Shown piece after piece: positions 62,786 through 64,000 of a stretch of DNA of 64,000 nt. The notes beneath the pieces are model-generated. The model ran no database searches. It was not told the DNA's origin and was given only the letters and a program-made list of their open reading frames with translations. Made by a program: the position numbers and the translations under genes. This stretch comes from Oikopleura dioica (taxonomy: Eukaryota > Animalia > Chordata), in the NCBI GenBank assembly GCA_907165135.1, contig OU015566.1, positions 10,788,001 to 10,852,000 of the forward strand. Reading direction: 5' to 3'. Each line of letters begins with the position of its first letter. The stretch's first letter is position 1.

Positions 62786-63738
62786 ATGAAGTTTTTGCCG
62801 ATTCTTTTCGCCGGCCTCGCCCAAGGGATGAACATGGCACAGCACTACCTCGTCAACAATTTCGGTGACGATCACTCTGACAAACTCATGGTTTTGATGA
62901 ACCCTGCTTTCAAAGACGCTTCGTTCGACCAGGCTGAGCAGATGAAGATGATTCTTCCGATGCTTCTTATGGATGCTAAGACTAACGAAAACATCAAGCT
63001 CTTGATGATGATGATGATGCAAGATCCCCAGTTCATCGAGAAAGCTGAAAATCAGCAGCTTGTTTCTTACCTGATGAACGCTGAAGATGACGACGTCGAC
63101 TACAAAACTCTGATGTTGATGACAAACATGTTCCGAAAAGACTGCAACAACATGGGTGCCCAAAGAATGAACAGTCTCATGCCAATGCTTCTAAAAAAGA
63201 CCGAAGCTGCCCACAACGCCACCCAAGACGCTGATGACCAGTTGGATATCCAGAGCATTCTGACAATCATGACCTTCATGGCCTCTGGAGAAAGCGGACT
63301 CGACACCTCTTCGATGCTTCCTTTGCTCATGGAAGAAATGGTCTTCGAGGATGGTCAGTTTGATCACGACAAGAAACTTCTTTTCTGGGTTATGATGTCC
63401 ATGATGACTTCTGATGCGCAAGATGTCAATGCATTCAACAACAACTTCAATATGCTCCTTCCTCTCGTCATGCGAGATTGCAACGACGACGCCTGCGAGA
63501 AACAGAAACGAGATCTTATGACTGTGATGATCGCTATGCAAGCTAATGTAAGTTAATATCTTTTAAAGCCCCTTATCAATTTCATTACTAGGCTCCGAAT
63601 ACTGCATTCGGACCCGACATGATGATTCCCCTTATGCTCTTGGGCAACACTGACAACAACCAAGAACTCATCTTCTTCATGATGACCCAGATGAACAACA
63701 AAGCTTGCGATGCCGAACCTTACTACGCTATTCACTAA
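62786..63738 (+). CDS. Methionine-rich secreted repeat protein (2 exons)
   Basis: Signal peptide MKFLPILFAGLAQG; 36 Met in the first 256 codons; recurring xLPLLM and KLLxxxMM motifs. A GT-AG intron joins the second exon, which ends PYYAIH*. Confidence 0.72.
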
Positions 63739-64000
63739 TTTTATTGATAATCCAATTGGTGGATTCATTCTCTCCTTCATTATTTCTTTCGCTAATTTAT
63801 TTCAATAAATATGCATAACTAAATGATCTTTGCGTATGTACAAATATATTTCAGCCTTTAAAAAGAAGCGCAAATTCGTTCAGAGATAGTTTCTGCCAGG
63901 GATCTTATCTCCCTGAATTCAGTCAACAAAATTATGTCGTTTTTATCTTTCACACTTTGAAAGATATCTTCATTTCTTCTGTTTCTTGTCGAAATTGTTA

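Noticed and set aside
1-64000. tRNA, rRNA, SL RNA or snRNA genes
   Set aside because: No cloverleaf with A/B boxes or recognisable rRNA/snRNA sequence was found by eye. tRNAscan-SE and Infernal would be decisive.

Overview
This window is eukaryotic DNA from a very compact, gene-dense animal genome. Most introns are about 35-100 bp, several have GA or GC donors, genes form tight same-strand runs, and the genes are chordate-like. Together these point to an appendicularian tunicate such as Oikopleura (inference). No prokaryotic system, CRISPR array, rRNA or tRNA is supported. Spliced genes recognised by eye from conserved motifs (no database search was run): FAM193A-like, PNISR, CEP126-like, a PH-domain protein, a monoglyceride-lipase-like hydrolase, a LIV-1 type ZIP transporter, a divergent TGF-beta-like ligand, a SAM-domain protein, SWAP70/DEF6-like, MED26, ZNF622, KLHL1/4/5-like, TBC1D24, MFSD1, G-alpha12/13, NUP58, SLC26A11 and a Met-rich secreted protein. 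The most striking content is eight non-autonomous DNA transposons, most with readable TIRs and TSDs. (i) A 323-bp hAT MITE sits inside a coding exon of SLC26A11 and offers canonical splice sites that restore the frame, making it a candidate intron gain in progress. (ii) Five elements of four superfamily types inflate an 89-bp MED26 intron to 7.4 kb; one is a 4.9-kb foldback carrying inverted arrays of a 57-bp hairpin repeat. (iii) A 2.3-kb near-perfect palindrome lies in a PNISR intron. (iv) An 880-bp MITE lies in a KLHL intron. Exon boundaries were derived manually, and some gene ends are approximate.
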